DNA from: the human T2T-CHM13v2.0 reference genome, Homo sapiens
Reading direction: 5' to 3' (one strand)
Length of the DNA stretch: 64,000 nucleotides
NCBI RefSeq assembly: GCF_009914755.1
Contig: NC_060947.1
Positions 15,261 to 29,480 of this stretch are shown in pieces (position 1 is the first letter of the stretch; every line of letters starts with the position of its first letter). The notes under the pieces are model-generated. The model searched no databases, was not told where the DNA came from, and saw nothing but the letters and a program-made list of their open reading frames with translations. The position numbers and the translations under genes were made by a program.

Positions 15261-15564
15261 TTATTATTATTATTATTATTTTGAGACGGAGTCTTGCTCT
15301 GTCGCCCAGGCTGGAGTGCAATGGCGCAATCTCGGCTCACTGAAACCCCTGCTTCCCAGGTTCAAGCAATTCTCCTGCCTCAGCCTCCCGAGTAGCTGGG
15401 ATTATAGGCACCCGACACTACGCCTGGCTAATTTTTGTATTTTTGCTAGAGACGGGGTTTCACCATGTTGGCCAGGCTGGTCTCAAACTCATGACCTCAG
15501 GTGATCTGCCCGCATGGGCCTCCCAAAGTGCTGGGAGTACAGGTGTGAGCCACTGTGCCCGGCC
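15261..15564 (-). mobile_element. AluSx/Sz with (TAA)n tail
   Basis: Antisense dimer; TSD GCCAGGCAACTTAT at 15251-15264 and 15569-15582. Confidence 0.94.
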
Positions 15565-17034
15565 CTTAGCCAGGCAACTTATGCCCACGAACAGAACTTT
15601 CATCCATCTCTCCTCATCCTCATCATGGAGCCTGGAAGCTTAGTTACAACAGAGTGAAATTTCCCTGTGTGGAGTTATTTTTTTCACATGAAAAATTTTC
15701 TGCATGATAATGAGATTATTTATATAGCCAACGAATAAAAAATTTCATTTTACTGGAAGCAACCTAAAATTTGGATTTCATTCAAGACTGGAAATCTGGT
15801 AACTCTAGATATAAATGAGAGATAGACAAATAGTTTACTCAAAGTTCATGGAGGACAAAAAAAATTGGGGTGGAGTAATTTAAAAGAATCGTTTAAAAAA
15901 GAGTACAAATTAATGTAGGGACTTAATGCCCATGGTTATAAATCTCAATTCACAAGGCAATAGGTGTCCATAGTGTCTGGCAAGGTTGTGGCATGGCTCC
16001 TAAGCACTCCAAGGGGATAATGTTTACTATTGATATTAAGCAAATTAGGAACTGGGATCAGAAAAGTTGTCCTGAAAGTGTTAACTGTGGAATTGAATGG
16101 AGCTTCGAAGCTAATTGTAAATTGTTGTGTTATAGTGGCTTTTACCGAAGAGCTATTCTTATTTTACAGCATATTATTGGGTACCAAATGCATTTAAATA
16201 CACCAAGAAACCAGAAAGTTACCCTTCTTAATTTTCCCTGCCCACATCATCCTCAGAGACCTGATGCTTTTGTGTAGGGCATCTAAAAACCCTATTCAGA
16301 GATCTATTTTTACCTTCAATTCACAACTAAGAGAAACTTTAGGTCTGATCAATTTACAGATTCCAAGGGCTAGGAAAGAATAAGGATTCCCTTTTTTGAG
16401 GGGGTCGGGACAGCATCCTGAAGTAATAAGACAGTGGAGAATCCCACTCAATCCCCACAGTCCTGTGGATCCTACCAGGACACTATACTAAAGTCAGGAG
16501 CAGGGTTTGTCTGAGCTGGCTAGGGGTTGCAGGCCAGGCTAGAGATAATTAGGGTCCATTGTAGAATGCATGATGTGGAAGCGTGGAGGGGAAGCATCCA
16601 AGCCTGGGAGGACAGCTATTTTTAAAAGGTTTCTTGAAGGCATTCTTTTAAAAAAGAGAAAAAAATCCAAAAAACTATGGGGGAACTATAAACCCTCGTT
16701 AAAAATTATCTTGTCAAATTTTCAGATCAGTTTCAACCCTTTGAGATGGGTCACGTGGCTGGTGTTACTCATTCACAGGACCTCAGGAAGTTTGTAATTC
16801 AAACAAGTATACATTTAATGCCTAGAATCTTTGAATCTTTTTAGCACTTTGCTAAATGTCATTAATACCACACGGTGGAAGTTCTCTTTGTCTTTTTGAC
16901 ATCAGCATTCAAAGGAAACTCTAAAATGTATTACAAATACAATATACCTCATTTTCTTGCTTCTTGAGATACCTATTTTCTCATTCTGAAGTTGATATAC
17001 ATTTTTTTCCTTTTCTTCCTTTTTTAATATTTTA

Positions 17035-17331
17035 ATTATTTATTTATTTTTTCTTTTTTTGAGACAAGGTCTCTCTGTATTGGCCAGGCTGGGATGCAGT
17101 GACACGTTCTTGGCTCACTACAACCTCCGCTCAAGTGATCCTCCCACCTCATCCTCCTGAGCAGCCGGGACTACAGGCATGTGCCACCACACCTGGCTAG
17201 TTTTTGTATTTTTAGTAGAGATGGGGTTTTGCCATGTTGCACAGGCTGGTCTCAAACTCCTGAGCTCAAAAAGTCCACCCACCTCAGCCTCCCAAAGTCT
17301 TGGGATTACAGGCGTGAGCCACCGTGCCCAG
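17035..17331 (-). mobile_element. AluJ
   Basis: Diverged antisense dimer; ATACATTTTT occurs on both sides. Confidence 0.88.
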
Positions 17332-17454
17332 GCTGGTATACATTTTTCGATCAACCTATTCATTTAATGAGGTAGTATTCTTTATTTCTTTGAAAATATC
17401 TCATTAAATTGAGGGTGTATCTTACATTCTATGGGGTCTTAGAACAGTAGAGAT

Positions 17455-17680
17455 AGTGAAACAATTAAGATCATGAACTCCGATCAGAACTGTTTGAATT
17501 CTTTCTTTGTAAACTACTGGTTCTGTGACTTTGGCCCAGATACTTTATTTGCTAAGCCTCAGCTTTCTCATTTGCACAAATGTGGTAATAAAACCTACTT
17601 TTTAGGGTTTTGAGAATTAAATGAGATAATGTACATCAGATATAAGTGAATGCTCAGTTAATATAAACTATTATCATGAT
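17455..17680 (+). mobile_element. MIR
   Basis: CTGTGACTTTGG...GCCTCAGCTTTCTCATTTG...GAGAATTAAATGAGATAAT core. Confidence 0.75.
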
Positions 17681-17910
17681 ATACTCATTTTTTCTTCCTC
17701 TTTTAGCCCTGGATAACAAGTCTTATTAGGCTTATTCCCCAGAAATCAGCCTGAGGAAAAATTTATCAAACTGTTATTACATCTGCAAGGTCTTTTATGT
17801 ACTCAGCACCATAATAGGTGCTTTGATAAAAGTTACAGAATCATGATATGAACTTTGCCCTTTGGGAGCTTATCACCCAGTTGAGGACAAAAATACACTC
17901 AAAGAAATGA

Positions 17911-18216
<306 letters not shown>

Positions 18217-18329
18217 CTAGAATATGTTTTTTTTTTTAATAAATGTTATTACATAAACTTGTATCTTATTTTGCAAATCAGGATAAAAGTGACTTAGCAC
18301 TCCTTGAAAGAAAGGACTTTGGTTCATAG

Positions 18330-18530
18330 GAATAACATAGATTCTAAAGTCAGACCAGGGTTCAAATCCTGATTCTCCCATTTACTAGCTATGTAACTTT
18401 GAGGAAGTTACAGAACTTCCCTGACCTTCTATTCTCTTGTTGGGAAAATGAGGGTTACAATATCTATGTTATAAGGTTGCTATAGTAAGTTCATGACCTC
18501 TAGCTGGTACTTAATATGTAGTAGCAATTA
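18330..18530 (+). mobile_element. MIR
   Basis: GTCAGACCAGGGTTCAAATCCTG...TTTACTAGCTATGTAACTTTG core. Confidence 0.72.
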
Positions 18531-19201
18531 TTTGATACAGATTTGTTTTTTCCATAGCACAGCACCTAAATCAGCAATCTGTACAAAAACATGTAATCAG
18601 TAAATGTTTAGTGAGATGAAAAATTAACATTTGTTTTCTATTTTATTCTTCAGGCTGTTTTATTGACTGCTATAATATATGGCCTAACAGTGATCATCCA
18701 GGTGAAGTAAATTGGTGGACAATTTGTGAGCTGTCATATTTTCAAAACCTATCTATGATCTGGAAAAGATTCGTGAATTCAAATTAACTGAAAGGTCATT
18801 GTCTTCCCTATCTCACTGATGAATATTCTAGCAGTCAATTCTAGCAGGAAATGGTGTAAATTTCCTCCATGATCTTTACTGTGCTGTATGTGTGTTATCT
18901 TATGCCAAATACTCCACACAGGCAAATATATTGCTTTCCATATTAAATGTTCTTGAGAAAAACAGCAAATTACAAAGTTGATTAGTGAGTCATCCCATTA
19001 AGCAGATCACTTTATGGTTACTCTGTCAGGGAAACATTTGATGAATCAGAAAGAGCCTCCCTGTGAACTAAAAGTATCCTAAGCTTAACCTTGCACTAAG
19101 AAGAGCTAGGAGGGCTTTCTTAACACATTTCACAAACACGTGTGAGCTCCCACTGTGTGCAAGGAATTGTACTGGGGCTATGGAGTTTAAAAGATACATA
19201 A

Positions 19202-19346
19202 GGCCGGGCGCGGTGGCTCATGCCTGTAATCCCAGCACTTTGGGAGGCCGAGGTGGGCGGATCACGAGGTCAGGAGTTCACGACCAGCCTGACCAACATG
19301 GTGAAACCCCATCTCTACTACAAATACAAAAAATAAAATAAATAGA
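19202..19346 (+). mobile_element. AluS left monomer only, with TSD
   Basis: Low-divergence left arm ending in an A-rich tract; TSD TAAAAGATA(C/T)ATAAG at 19188-19202 and 19347-19361. Confidence 0.9.
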
Positions 19347-19452
19347 TAAAAGATATATAAGAGCTATTCTCTACCTTCAAAGGGTTTTGTACCAAAGAAG
19401 GACCCAAAAAATAACTATAATAAGGCAAAATATTAGGTGGCTAAAGGCAGCC

Positions 19453-20112
19453 TGCTATGGTTTGGATCTGCTTTGTGCTCATCAAAACTCATGTTGAAAT
19501 GTGATCCCCAGCATGGTAGTGTTGGAAGATGGGGCCTCGTGGGCGGTGTTTGAATCATGGAACAAATCCTTCATGAATGACTTGGTGCCTTTCTCAAGGT
19601 AGTGAGTGAGTTCTTGCTCTGGTGAGACTGGATTAGTTCTTGTGGGAATGAATTAGTTCCCACCAGAGTGGGTTGTTACAAAGCCAGGATGCCACTTGGG
19701 TTCTCACTCTTCACATATCGACACTTTCCCTTTGGCCCTCTTTTTTTTTTTTTTTTTCATTATACTTTAAGTTAACCAAACACTGCATGTTCTCACTCAT
19801 AGGTGGGAATTGAACAATGAGAACACATGGGCACAGGAAGGGGAACATCACACACAGGGGCCTGTCGTGGGGTGGGGGGAGGGGGGAGGGATAGCATTAG
19901 GAGATATACCTAATGTAAATGACGAGTTAATGGGTGGCCCTCTCTTACATGTTTTGACCTAGTATGTGGCTCTTAGTAGAAGCTGAACAGATGCCTGTGC
20001 CATGCTTCTGAGACTTCCCAGCCTGCAAAACTGTGAGCTAAATAAACCTCTTTTCTTAATAAATTAATCAGTCTTGGATATTCTGTTATAGCAACACAAA
20101 ATGAACTAAGAG
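19453..20112 (+). mobile_element. MST (MSTB-like) MaLR solo LTR, interrupted by an L1PA
   Basis: TGCTATGGTTTGGAT start; AATAAACCTCTTTTC and TTCTGTTATAGCAACACAAAATG..CTAAG end. Confidence 0.85.
19741..19936 (-). mobile_element. Short L1PA insertion with twin-priming inversion
   Basis: Poly(T) plus ATTATACTTTAAGTT (antisense terminus) joined to sense 3'UTR 19774-19936; TSD TGGCCCTCT at 19733-19741 and 19935-19943. Confidence 0.88.
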
Positions 20113-21554
20113 AGGTACAACCTGCTTTGGGAATATGAATGCTGGAGAGATTAATTTCTGTTGGAGAGACTATGAAAACTCCAGGAGGAAATGCAACCTA
20201 GCTTTAATTCCTGATACAGACTGAGACTTCCTTAAGCTCTGTTGGCTACTGAAGGTAGTAAATCTTATCTAAACCTTATATCTGCCTTAGGTAGAATTAT
20301 TGATACTTTGATGACTTTGCAAACAAAGCTGATCTTCACCTCTGACATAACTTCAGCAAATAATGACTTTTTCTTAAGCTTCCTCTTTACCTCCCTTCTA
20401 CGGGTTGACACTCTTGAGGAGAACAATCTTAAATATACCAGCCTACTTGGTTCCTGATTAAAGTACAATTGTGGTATGCGTATCTTGTAATTTTTAAGGG
20501 TACCGTGGAATGATTTGGCTCTCTATTCCTGACAACCTATTTTGCTTCATAAAATATCAAATGTATCAATAAAACAAATTTCAAAAAGAAAAAAATACAT
20601 GTTGCTTTAAAATATGAATATTTATGAAATATGTAAAACCAAGCACTTATAAATGCTGCATTTTAAATGCTCCTTTGGAGGATTTTTCTGGAAGATAGGT
20701 AAGTGAAGCCTTCTTAAAATAAATGTTTAATGAAGTTTGGAATGAAGACCCCTTCTTCTTTGTTTCCTAGTAAATCTCCCTCTAGTAAGCATAGGAATTC
20801 ATAATTAGGGTCATCTGTCTTGAATTTTTTTCTCTGCTGATTTGTTGTGGATAAAAGCTTCTAAAAACCTCTGAAAGGCAAATGTTAGTGGGAGGCAGTT
20901 TCCATGGTGACTTCAGGGTTTGTATTGTTTTTAGACATCATAAATATGGGGGCTGTTTTTGCTTGTTACTGTGCAGATCTTACTCATGGTAAGAAAGGTC
21001 ATAGGGTAGAAGGTGAGAACAGTGCACTCAGCCCAGAACTGAGTGTCCAGTGGTGTTCATTTAGAATCTTTGTATCTCTCATGTCTATGTGTCTAATTGT
21101 ATCATTTGATGCTGAATCTAATCTTGAATGGAAATGCAACTCAGATACCCCAGTCAAGCCTACCAGGGAGATATGCAGGCAGCATACACAAATGGAGTTG
21201 GAGGAAGGTTTATCATCACAAGTGAATAAAAGTTGATGGTTACCTTAATAAAACAGAAAATATGTCACTTGTTTTCTGGACAAACTCATTCTCTCTCTAA
21301 GCAAAACTATTTCTATGTCATGTAAAAGTAGGAAGAAGCAGCTATTGCTTCCTTCAAAGTCAAATTTAGATTTATTTCCCTTTACTATCATAACATACAT
21401 ACTTATAAAATGTTAATATTAAGAGAATGAGAGACTGCATGTTATACAATATCTGCAATAACTTCATTTAAACTATGACAAAGACTTCCAGATAATACAC
21501 CCTTATAGAGTTTCAATCTCTATTTTTTTTTCCTTCAAATGTCACCTGGCAACT

Positions 21555-22170
21555 TGTAAAGAATTTAACCCTGCCCAAAGTAATGTCTGGCCTTTGCCCT
21601 TGACTCCTGGGACTCTCTCAGGTCCTGGAATACCCTACCTGACAAAAGTGTCTTTGTTTGTCTTGGGGTAGTGGGCCACATTAGATAGTTTAATAATGTA
21701 ATTTATGGTGGGGGCTTTGCATCATGCAGTATCACAGGAGCTGGACCTCTAGAGGAGCTGGAGACTGAAATCAGCCGCAAGAGTAGACAGACAGGTCTGT
21801 ATGACTGAGCCCCAGTAAAAACTCTGGACATCAAGGCTCAGGCAAGCTCCCCTGCTTGGCGATGTTCTATGTGTATTGCCACACATTGTTGTCAGGAAAG
21901 TTAGCACTATCTACAACTCCACTGGGAAGGGACAACTGGAAGCTCCACATGTGGAATTTTCCTGGTGTCTACCCCATGCATCTCTTCCCTTGGTTGATTT
22001 TAATCTGTATTCTTCCACTGTAATTAACCATGAGTATAACTACTTTCAGTGAGTTCTGTGAGTCCTGTTAGCTAATTATCAACCTGAGGGTAGTCTTGGG
22101 GAACCCATGAACTTGCAATTGGTATCAGAAGTGAGTGTGGTTTTGGGGACTGTTCCCTAATTTTGCCCAA
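21555..22170. mobile_element. MER21-family LTR
   Basis: TGTAAAGAATTTAACC...TCTGGCCTTTGCCC, CCCCAGTAAAAACTCTGGAC and GAGTTCTGTGAGTCCT motifs. Confidence 0.75.
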
Positions 22171-22222
22171 CTTTAGCTAAACTAGAACACTAAAACATGG
22201 GGAAATTGGTGAATTCCTCTCC

Positions 22223-22687
22223 TGTTGTAGGTTGGGTTCCCCAGAAAACAGATTTTGAGACCCTGAGATTTGTGTGCAGGTGGTGTATTGGGGAATGCTC
22301 CAGGAACAACCTCTGTGAGGAAGCAAGGGAAGCAGGATTGGACAGAGGGAGGGGTTGAACTAATACAGTCATAACAGGAGGTCTCAGCCAATCCCATGGG
22401 AAGCCCTGGAACTGGGATGACCTTTTAGAGTTGTCATGAACTGAGGCAGATGGACTAGGCCTTTACATGAACCCTCACCATTCTCTCCACCACAAACCAG
22501 TGATTAGATATGGGTTACAACCAGGGAGTATGTGTGATCTTTGGAGAGGCAGCAACCATTAGCCCAGGTAAAGGCCTGGGGAGGGACTCAACTGTGATCA
22601 TCATCAGCCAACACTTGTAGCAGCTGGGAAAGTTAGTACCTCCAGCATAAAGACAGGATCTGATCTTGCACCAGATTATCCACTACA
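22223..22687 (-). mobile_element. LTR33-like ERVL LTR
   Basis: GGTTGGGTTCCCCAG...GAAGCAGGATTGGACAGAGGGA...GTCTCAGCCAATCCCATGGG motifs. Confidence 0.7.
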
Positions 22688-23424
22688 CCTTCCTTTTTAC
22701 TTTTCTCTGGGTTCTACAGACTGACTGTTAGGGCCGGAGCCAACTTGACTGTCTCTCACTTTGTGAGATGAAGGTCATAAAACATGGTCTACATGCATCT
22801 CATTTGGGAAACCTCATAAAATTACGTGTCTCTACAAAATGAAATACTTGAGGAGAGACTGTTTCAATTCACCTCTCCACCCTTCCCTGGCAGAGGAAAG
22901 AGATGATGAAAATCTGTGGGAGCAAGGACAGAGAAAACGAAGTTAAAGTGATAAACACAAATTCTAGTGGAAGCATAATCACAAATGAATACAAGACATC
23001 ACTGAAACTGTCACGTATGTTTGTGATGAAAATAGTTTAAAATTTTAGAAAAGTTCAAGTGCAGCAGATGCTGTCACTGCCCTACCCATATCTACTCTGC
23101 CCATGCTGGAGGTTACCCCCAGAAAGTTCCTTACATAGCTTCCTGTGTCTGCCTAAGTGTTTTCTGACCACTTTCACCATCACTTGAGGCAGTCCAGAAA
23201 TACTACAGTGTTAATGCCTCAGGAATTAATGTGGGACAAAAAGTGGGGGATACAAACCCTAGCATCCTTGCCCCACAGAGGGGTATTGATGAAGTATATC
23301 CTAAGGGATGTCCTATACCGCCTACACTGTCCACTAGTCTGATTAGAGATGTGCTGTGAGTATAAAATACATGCTGTAGTTCAAAGGCTTAGTATAAAAA
23401 ACAGAATGTAAATGATGTCATTGA

Positions 23425-23732
23425 TATTTTATTTTATTTATTTATTTACTTTGAGACGGAGTCTCACTCTGTTGCACAGGCTGGAGTGCAGTGGTGCAAT
23501 CTCAGCTCACTGCAACCTCCGCCTCCTGGGTTCAAGCAATTCTCTGCCTTAGCCTCCCAAGTAGCTGGGATTACAGGTGCCCACCACCTTGCCCGGCTAA
23601 TTTTTTGTAGTTTTAGTAGAGGCGGGGTTTCACCATCTTGGTCGGGCTGATCTTGAACTCCTGACCTCATGATCCACCCACCTCGGCCTCCCAAAGTTCT
23701 GGGATTACAGGTGTGAGCCACCACGCCAGGCC
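23425..23732 (-). mobile_element. AluSg-like
   Basis: Antisense dimer; TSD TCATTGATATTTT. Confidence 0.92.
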
Positions 23733-23802
23733 ATCATTGATATTTTAAATACTGATTAAAAATATTATTGAAATAATATTTTAGATATATTGTGATAAAT
23801 AA

Positions 23803-24277
<475 letters not shown>

Positions 24278-25182
24278 TGAAAGAGAGGTGTAACCAGCTC
24301 ATTAGCAAATCCTTTGTTAGTTTCCTCTCTTCTCTGTCTCACTTCCTCACACTCTCATCATGCTTCCTGGGATCACTTGCCAAATAAACTGCCTATACCC
24401 AAACCCTTGATTCAGGGTCCGCTTTGCATGGGAGGGTGGGAGTGAGGGGCAAAATAAAGACATCGAGTGAGCTACTATTTTATAACCTGAACCCAGAAGA
24501 TCCTTGGTGTTACTAGAGTTAGGATCCCTTCTTCCTTCCTCCCATCAAAAACCTCTCTTGACTCCCTAATGTACATAAGCTAAAGTCCATACAACTTAGC
24601 ATAACATAATACCCTTTACCGTCTGCTCAAGATATCCCTCACTTTGGAACTCACAGTCTTGCTACACTGCACATCTTTCATCTCTCCTTGCTCTTATAAG
24701 TTCTTTCCTCCAAGCCTTAAATTTACTTTTCCTTTGTTTTTTCCTCTTCCTCTTCTGCAAAACTCTTATTATATTTTAAAGCCCAGCTCAAATGTTAACT
24801 ATTATGTTAGATATTCCCCCAAAGTATCTAACCTCTTGGTATCTTACTTTTTGGTAATCCCACAATTCCCTCATCCATGTTTTAAAGCATAGTAAGCCAA
24901 ATTATAACTACCAGCTTTTGTCTATCTCCTACATTCTGCTTACTATGTGTTCCTAAGAGTAGTCCCTTTGTCCAGTAGCAAGCAGGGTCTCTGGCACAGA
25001 AAAGCTGCTAAATGAAATTTGGACTGAAGATTCTGATGGGCCTTATAACAGAACTTCTCAAAGGTTTCTGTAACTGAAGCTGTAACTGAAAGGGATGGTG
25101 GGATGTGGGGTATGGAATGCATAGAATGGGAGTATTCACTACAAGATAAACTCATGCTAATCTCAAAAATCTCTTATGAATT

Positions 25183-25232
25183 TCGGCCTCCCGAAGTGCT
25201 AGGATTACAGGCGTCAGCCACCGCGTCCAGCC
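25183..25232 (-). mobile_element. Alu 5' head fragment (~50 bp)
   Basis: TCGGCCTCCCGAAGTGCTAGGATTACAGGCGTCAGCCACCGCGTCCAGCC. Confidence 0.85.
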
Positions 25233-25923
25233 AAATTTTGAATTTTGCCCTATAATCTATCTGTGTATTTTAGTATTAAAGACGTTTTAAATTGACACTA
25301 AGGAAACAAAACATGTGAATTATTTTCTACTTGTCTCATTAGCTAATGGGCAGGCTGCTGCTGAGTTGAGTTTATTAATTCCAAACAAAATTGTGCTGAG
25401 CTCAAGTTAGCAAGAATTACCTGAAAGATTCAGTATGAGACAAACCCTTGCAATCTCTAGACAGACACAATATGTTGAAAGCCCAGATGTACGTAAGTAT
25501 GTGGATATAAATGGCAACAGCTTTGTTTCCCTCTGTTCTCCCCTCCCCTCCCCCGCTCCCCTCTCCTTTCTTCTCTTTCCTTTTCTATTATTCTCTTTTC
25601 TTTTCTTCTTCACGTAAGGGAAATTCTCCAGGAGAGATACCCCAAAAACCTACCAGAGAGAGAAGCTCCTTGAGACTTGGTTAGGTTGAATATTCTTTTG
25701 AGTGTATTTGCTTGCTGACAGGACAGCAGTGTTTTCTCTTTCAAAATTAATTTTGTTTCTTATGAAATAATCCATACTAAAGAACATATGTAACTTATAT
25801 ATAAGGTATAAAGGATAATTAATCACTCATACATTCAACACCTTTGTAGCCTCCCGTTTCTTCTCTAATCTTATGCATTTTCTCTTCTCTCCCTGTGAGA
25901 GGAGTGACTTTTTAAGTTTTTAA

Positions 25924-25926
<3 letters not shown>

Positions 25927-25964
<38 letters not shown>
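25927..25964. repeat. (TA)n microsatellite
   Basis: Directly visible. Confidence 0.95.
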
Positions 25965-26435
<471 letters not shown>

Positions 26436-26547
26436 TAAAGTTTTTATTTTTATATTTATCAGTCCTGTGTTTTTTATTTCCCATTTTGGTTTTACTATAT
26501 ATGTATGTGTCATTTAAAATGTGCTTAATTTTATGTTTATATACATT

Positions 26548-26770
26548 TAGGGACAGATCCGATTTTGCGGGTCTTGAAGCTTACATAATTTGGGAAGGCT
26601 TCTTTAAGCAAAAGAATGTAAAATTAGTAATACAAAAGTAGATATGGGAATATATATTAATTTAGAGAAAATGCTCACAGTAATTATAATGCCACAGGAC
26701 AAGAGGAAAAGTGTGATAGAAGAGATATCAGAGTCGAAAGAAATAGTGGTCTTAATAGATTGTGGTTAAT
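26548..26770. mobile_element. hAT-Tip100 fragment (Zaphod/MER115-like)
   Basis: AGGGACAGATCC..TTTTG.GGG.CTTGAAGCTTA.A.AATTTGGG resembles the Zaphod/MER115 terminus. Confidence 0.55.
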
Positions 26771-26916
26771 AATTTTTCCTCCATGGATCCTGCTTTTGGT
26801 GTTATATTTGAAAATTCATCATTAATCCCAAGTTAATGCAGATTTCTTATGTTTTTTTTTCTAAAAATTTCATAGCTTTACATTTCACATTTTACATTTT
26901 ATAGCTTTACATTTTA

Positions 26917-27266
<350 letters not shown>

Positions 27267-28494
27267 TTAATAAGTTGTAAGGTATGTGTCAAGGTTAATT
27301 TTTAAAATATGGATGTCCAGCTGTTCCCACACCATTTAGTGAAAAGACTATCCTTGAATTTCCTTGGCACTTTTGTCAAATATCAGTTCATTCTTTGTGT
27401 GGGTCTATTTCTAGGCTTTCTATTCTATTCAATTGATTTATTTGTCTATCCCTTTGCCAATACCAATCTGTCTTAATTTCTGCAAATCTATAGTAAGTCT
27501 TGAAATAAGGTAGTGTGAATCATCCAATTTTGCTCTTCTTTTCCAGAATGCTTTAGATATTCTAGTTCATTTGTCTTTCCATATAAATTTTAGAATCAGT
27601 TTGTTGATGTCTACAAAATAGTTTGCAGTGTGTTGGTTAGATTTACATTGACTTTAAGGATCAATTGAGTATAATTGACGTCTTAACAATATTGATTCTA
27701 CCACCCCATGAACATGATATATCTCTTCACTAATTTCTATCTCCTTTGATTTCTTTCATTAGTTTTTTTGAGTTTTTTTTTTCTTCTGTTTTCTGGTTTT
27801 TAGTATATAGATCCTACACATATTTTATTAGATTTTATTTCTAAGTATTCCATTTTTTGGTTGCAATTGTAAATGTTATTATTTTTTAAACTCAAATTCC
27901 AATTGTTCATTGCTGATATTTAGAAATATGATTGACTTTTGTATATTGCCCTTATAATCCTGTCATTGTAAATATATTTATCAGTTCTAAAAGCTTTTTT
28001 TAGAGACTTTAAAATATTTTCTACATAGATAACCATGTCATTTTCAAATAGAGGCAGTTTTATTTCTTTCTTTCTGTATGCCTTTTCAAAATATTCTTAT
28101 TTTATTGCACTGGTGAGGCCTTCTGGTATGCAGTTTAATAGGAGTAGCGAGAGAAGATGCCCTTGCCTTGTTCTCTAGATGCTAGTTGCTTGTTGCTTGT
28201 TTCTATCTTAGGGGGGAAGCATATAGTTCCTCAATATAAAGTATAATGTCATCTGTAGGTATTCAATAGATGCCTTTTTATTAGGTTATGGAAGTTAACT
28301 TCCATTCCTAATTTGCCCAGAATTTTAAAAAATCATGAATAGATGCTGAATTTTGTCAAATACATTTTCCACATTCATTAGGATGATTATATGGTTTTTA
28401 CATTTAGTTTGGTTAAATATGGTGGATTACATTGATTGATTGTTGAATGTTAAATCAGCCTTGAATTCCAAGAATAAACTCCACTTAGTCATGA

Positions 28495-28856
<362 letters not shown>

Positions 28857-29480
28857 TAGGGATTGTTGTATCTATATTTTTATTAGGGACATTGGTTCAT
28901 AGTTTTCTTTTCTTGTAATATGTTTATCGTGTTTTGACATTAGGGTAATGCTGGCCCTATCAAGTGAATTGGAAAGTGTACCTTCCTCTTCTATTTTCAG
29001 GAGAGGTTTGTGTAGAATTGTTATTATTTCTTCCTTAAATGGTTGGTAGCATTTGCCAATGAAATCATCTGAGCCTGGTGATTCCTTTCTTGGAAGATTT
29101 TTAACTACAAAATTTCTTTAATAGATATAGGACCCTTCAGGTTATATATTTTTCTTCAATAATGTTTTATAGTTTATGGCTTTCAAGGAATTAATCAATT
29201 TCATCTAAGTTGTCTAATTTATGGGCATAGAGACATTCATAGTATTCTCTTATTATCTTTTTAATGTCTGTGTAGTCTCTAGTGAAATTCCCCACTGTCA
29301 TTCCTGATATTGATAATTCGTGCCTTGTATTTTCTTGGTCAGTCTCACTTGAGGCTTATCGATTTCATTATTCTTTAAAGAACCAGATTTTAGTTTCATG
29401 ATATTGCTTTTCTGTTTTCAATTTAACATATTTTATTATTTTTATTTTTTACTTAATTTTATAAATTTCCCTCTAAACAT

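Noticed and set aside
18620-20710. Strong-looking splice acceptor (~18653) and donor (~20699) as exons of a hidden gene
   Set aside because: No consistent exon chain or reading frame; such motifs are common by chance. A lncRNA cannot be excluded without RNA data.
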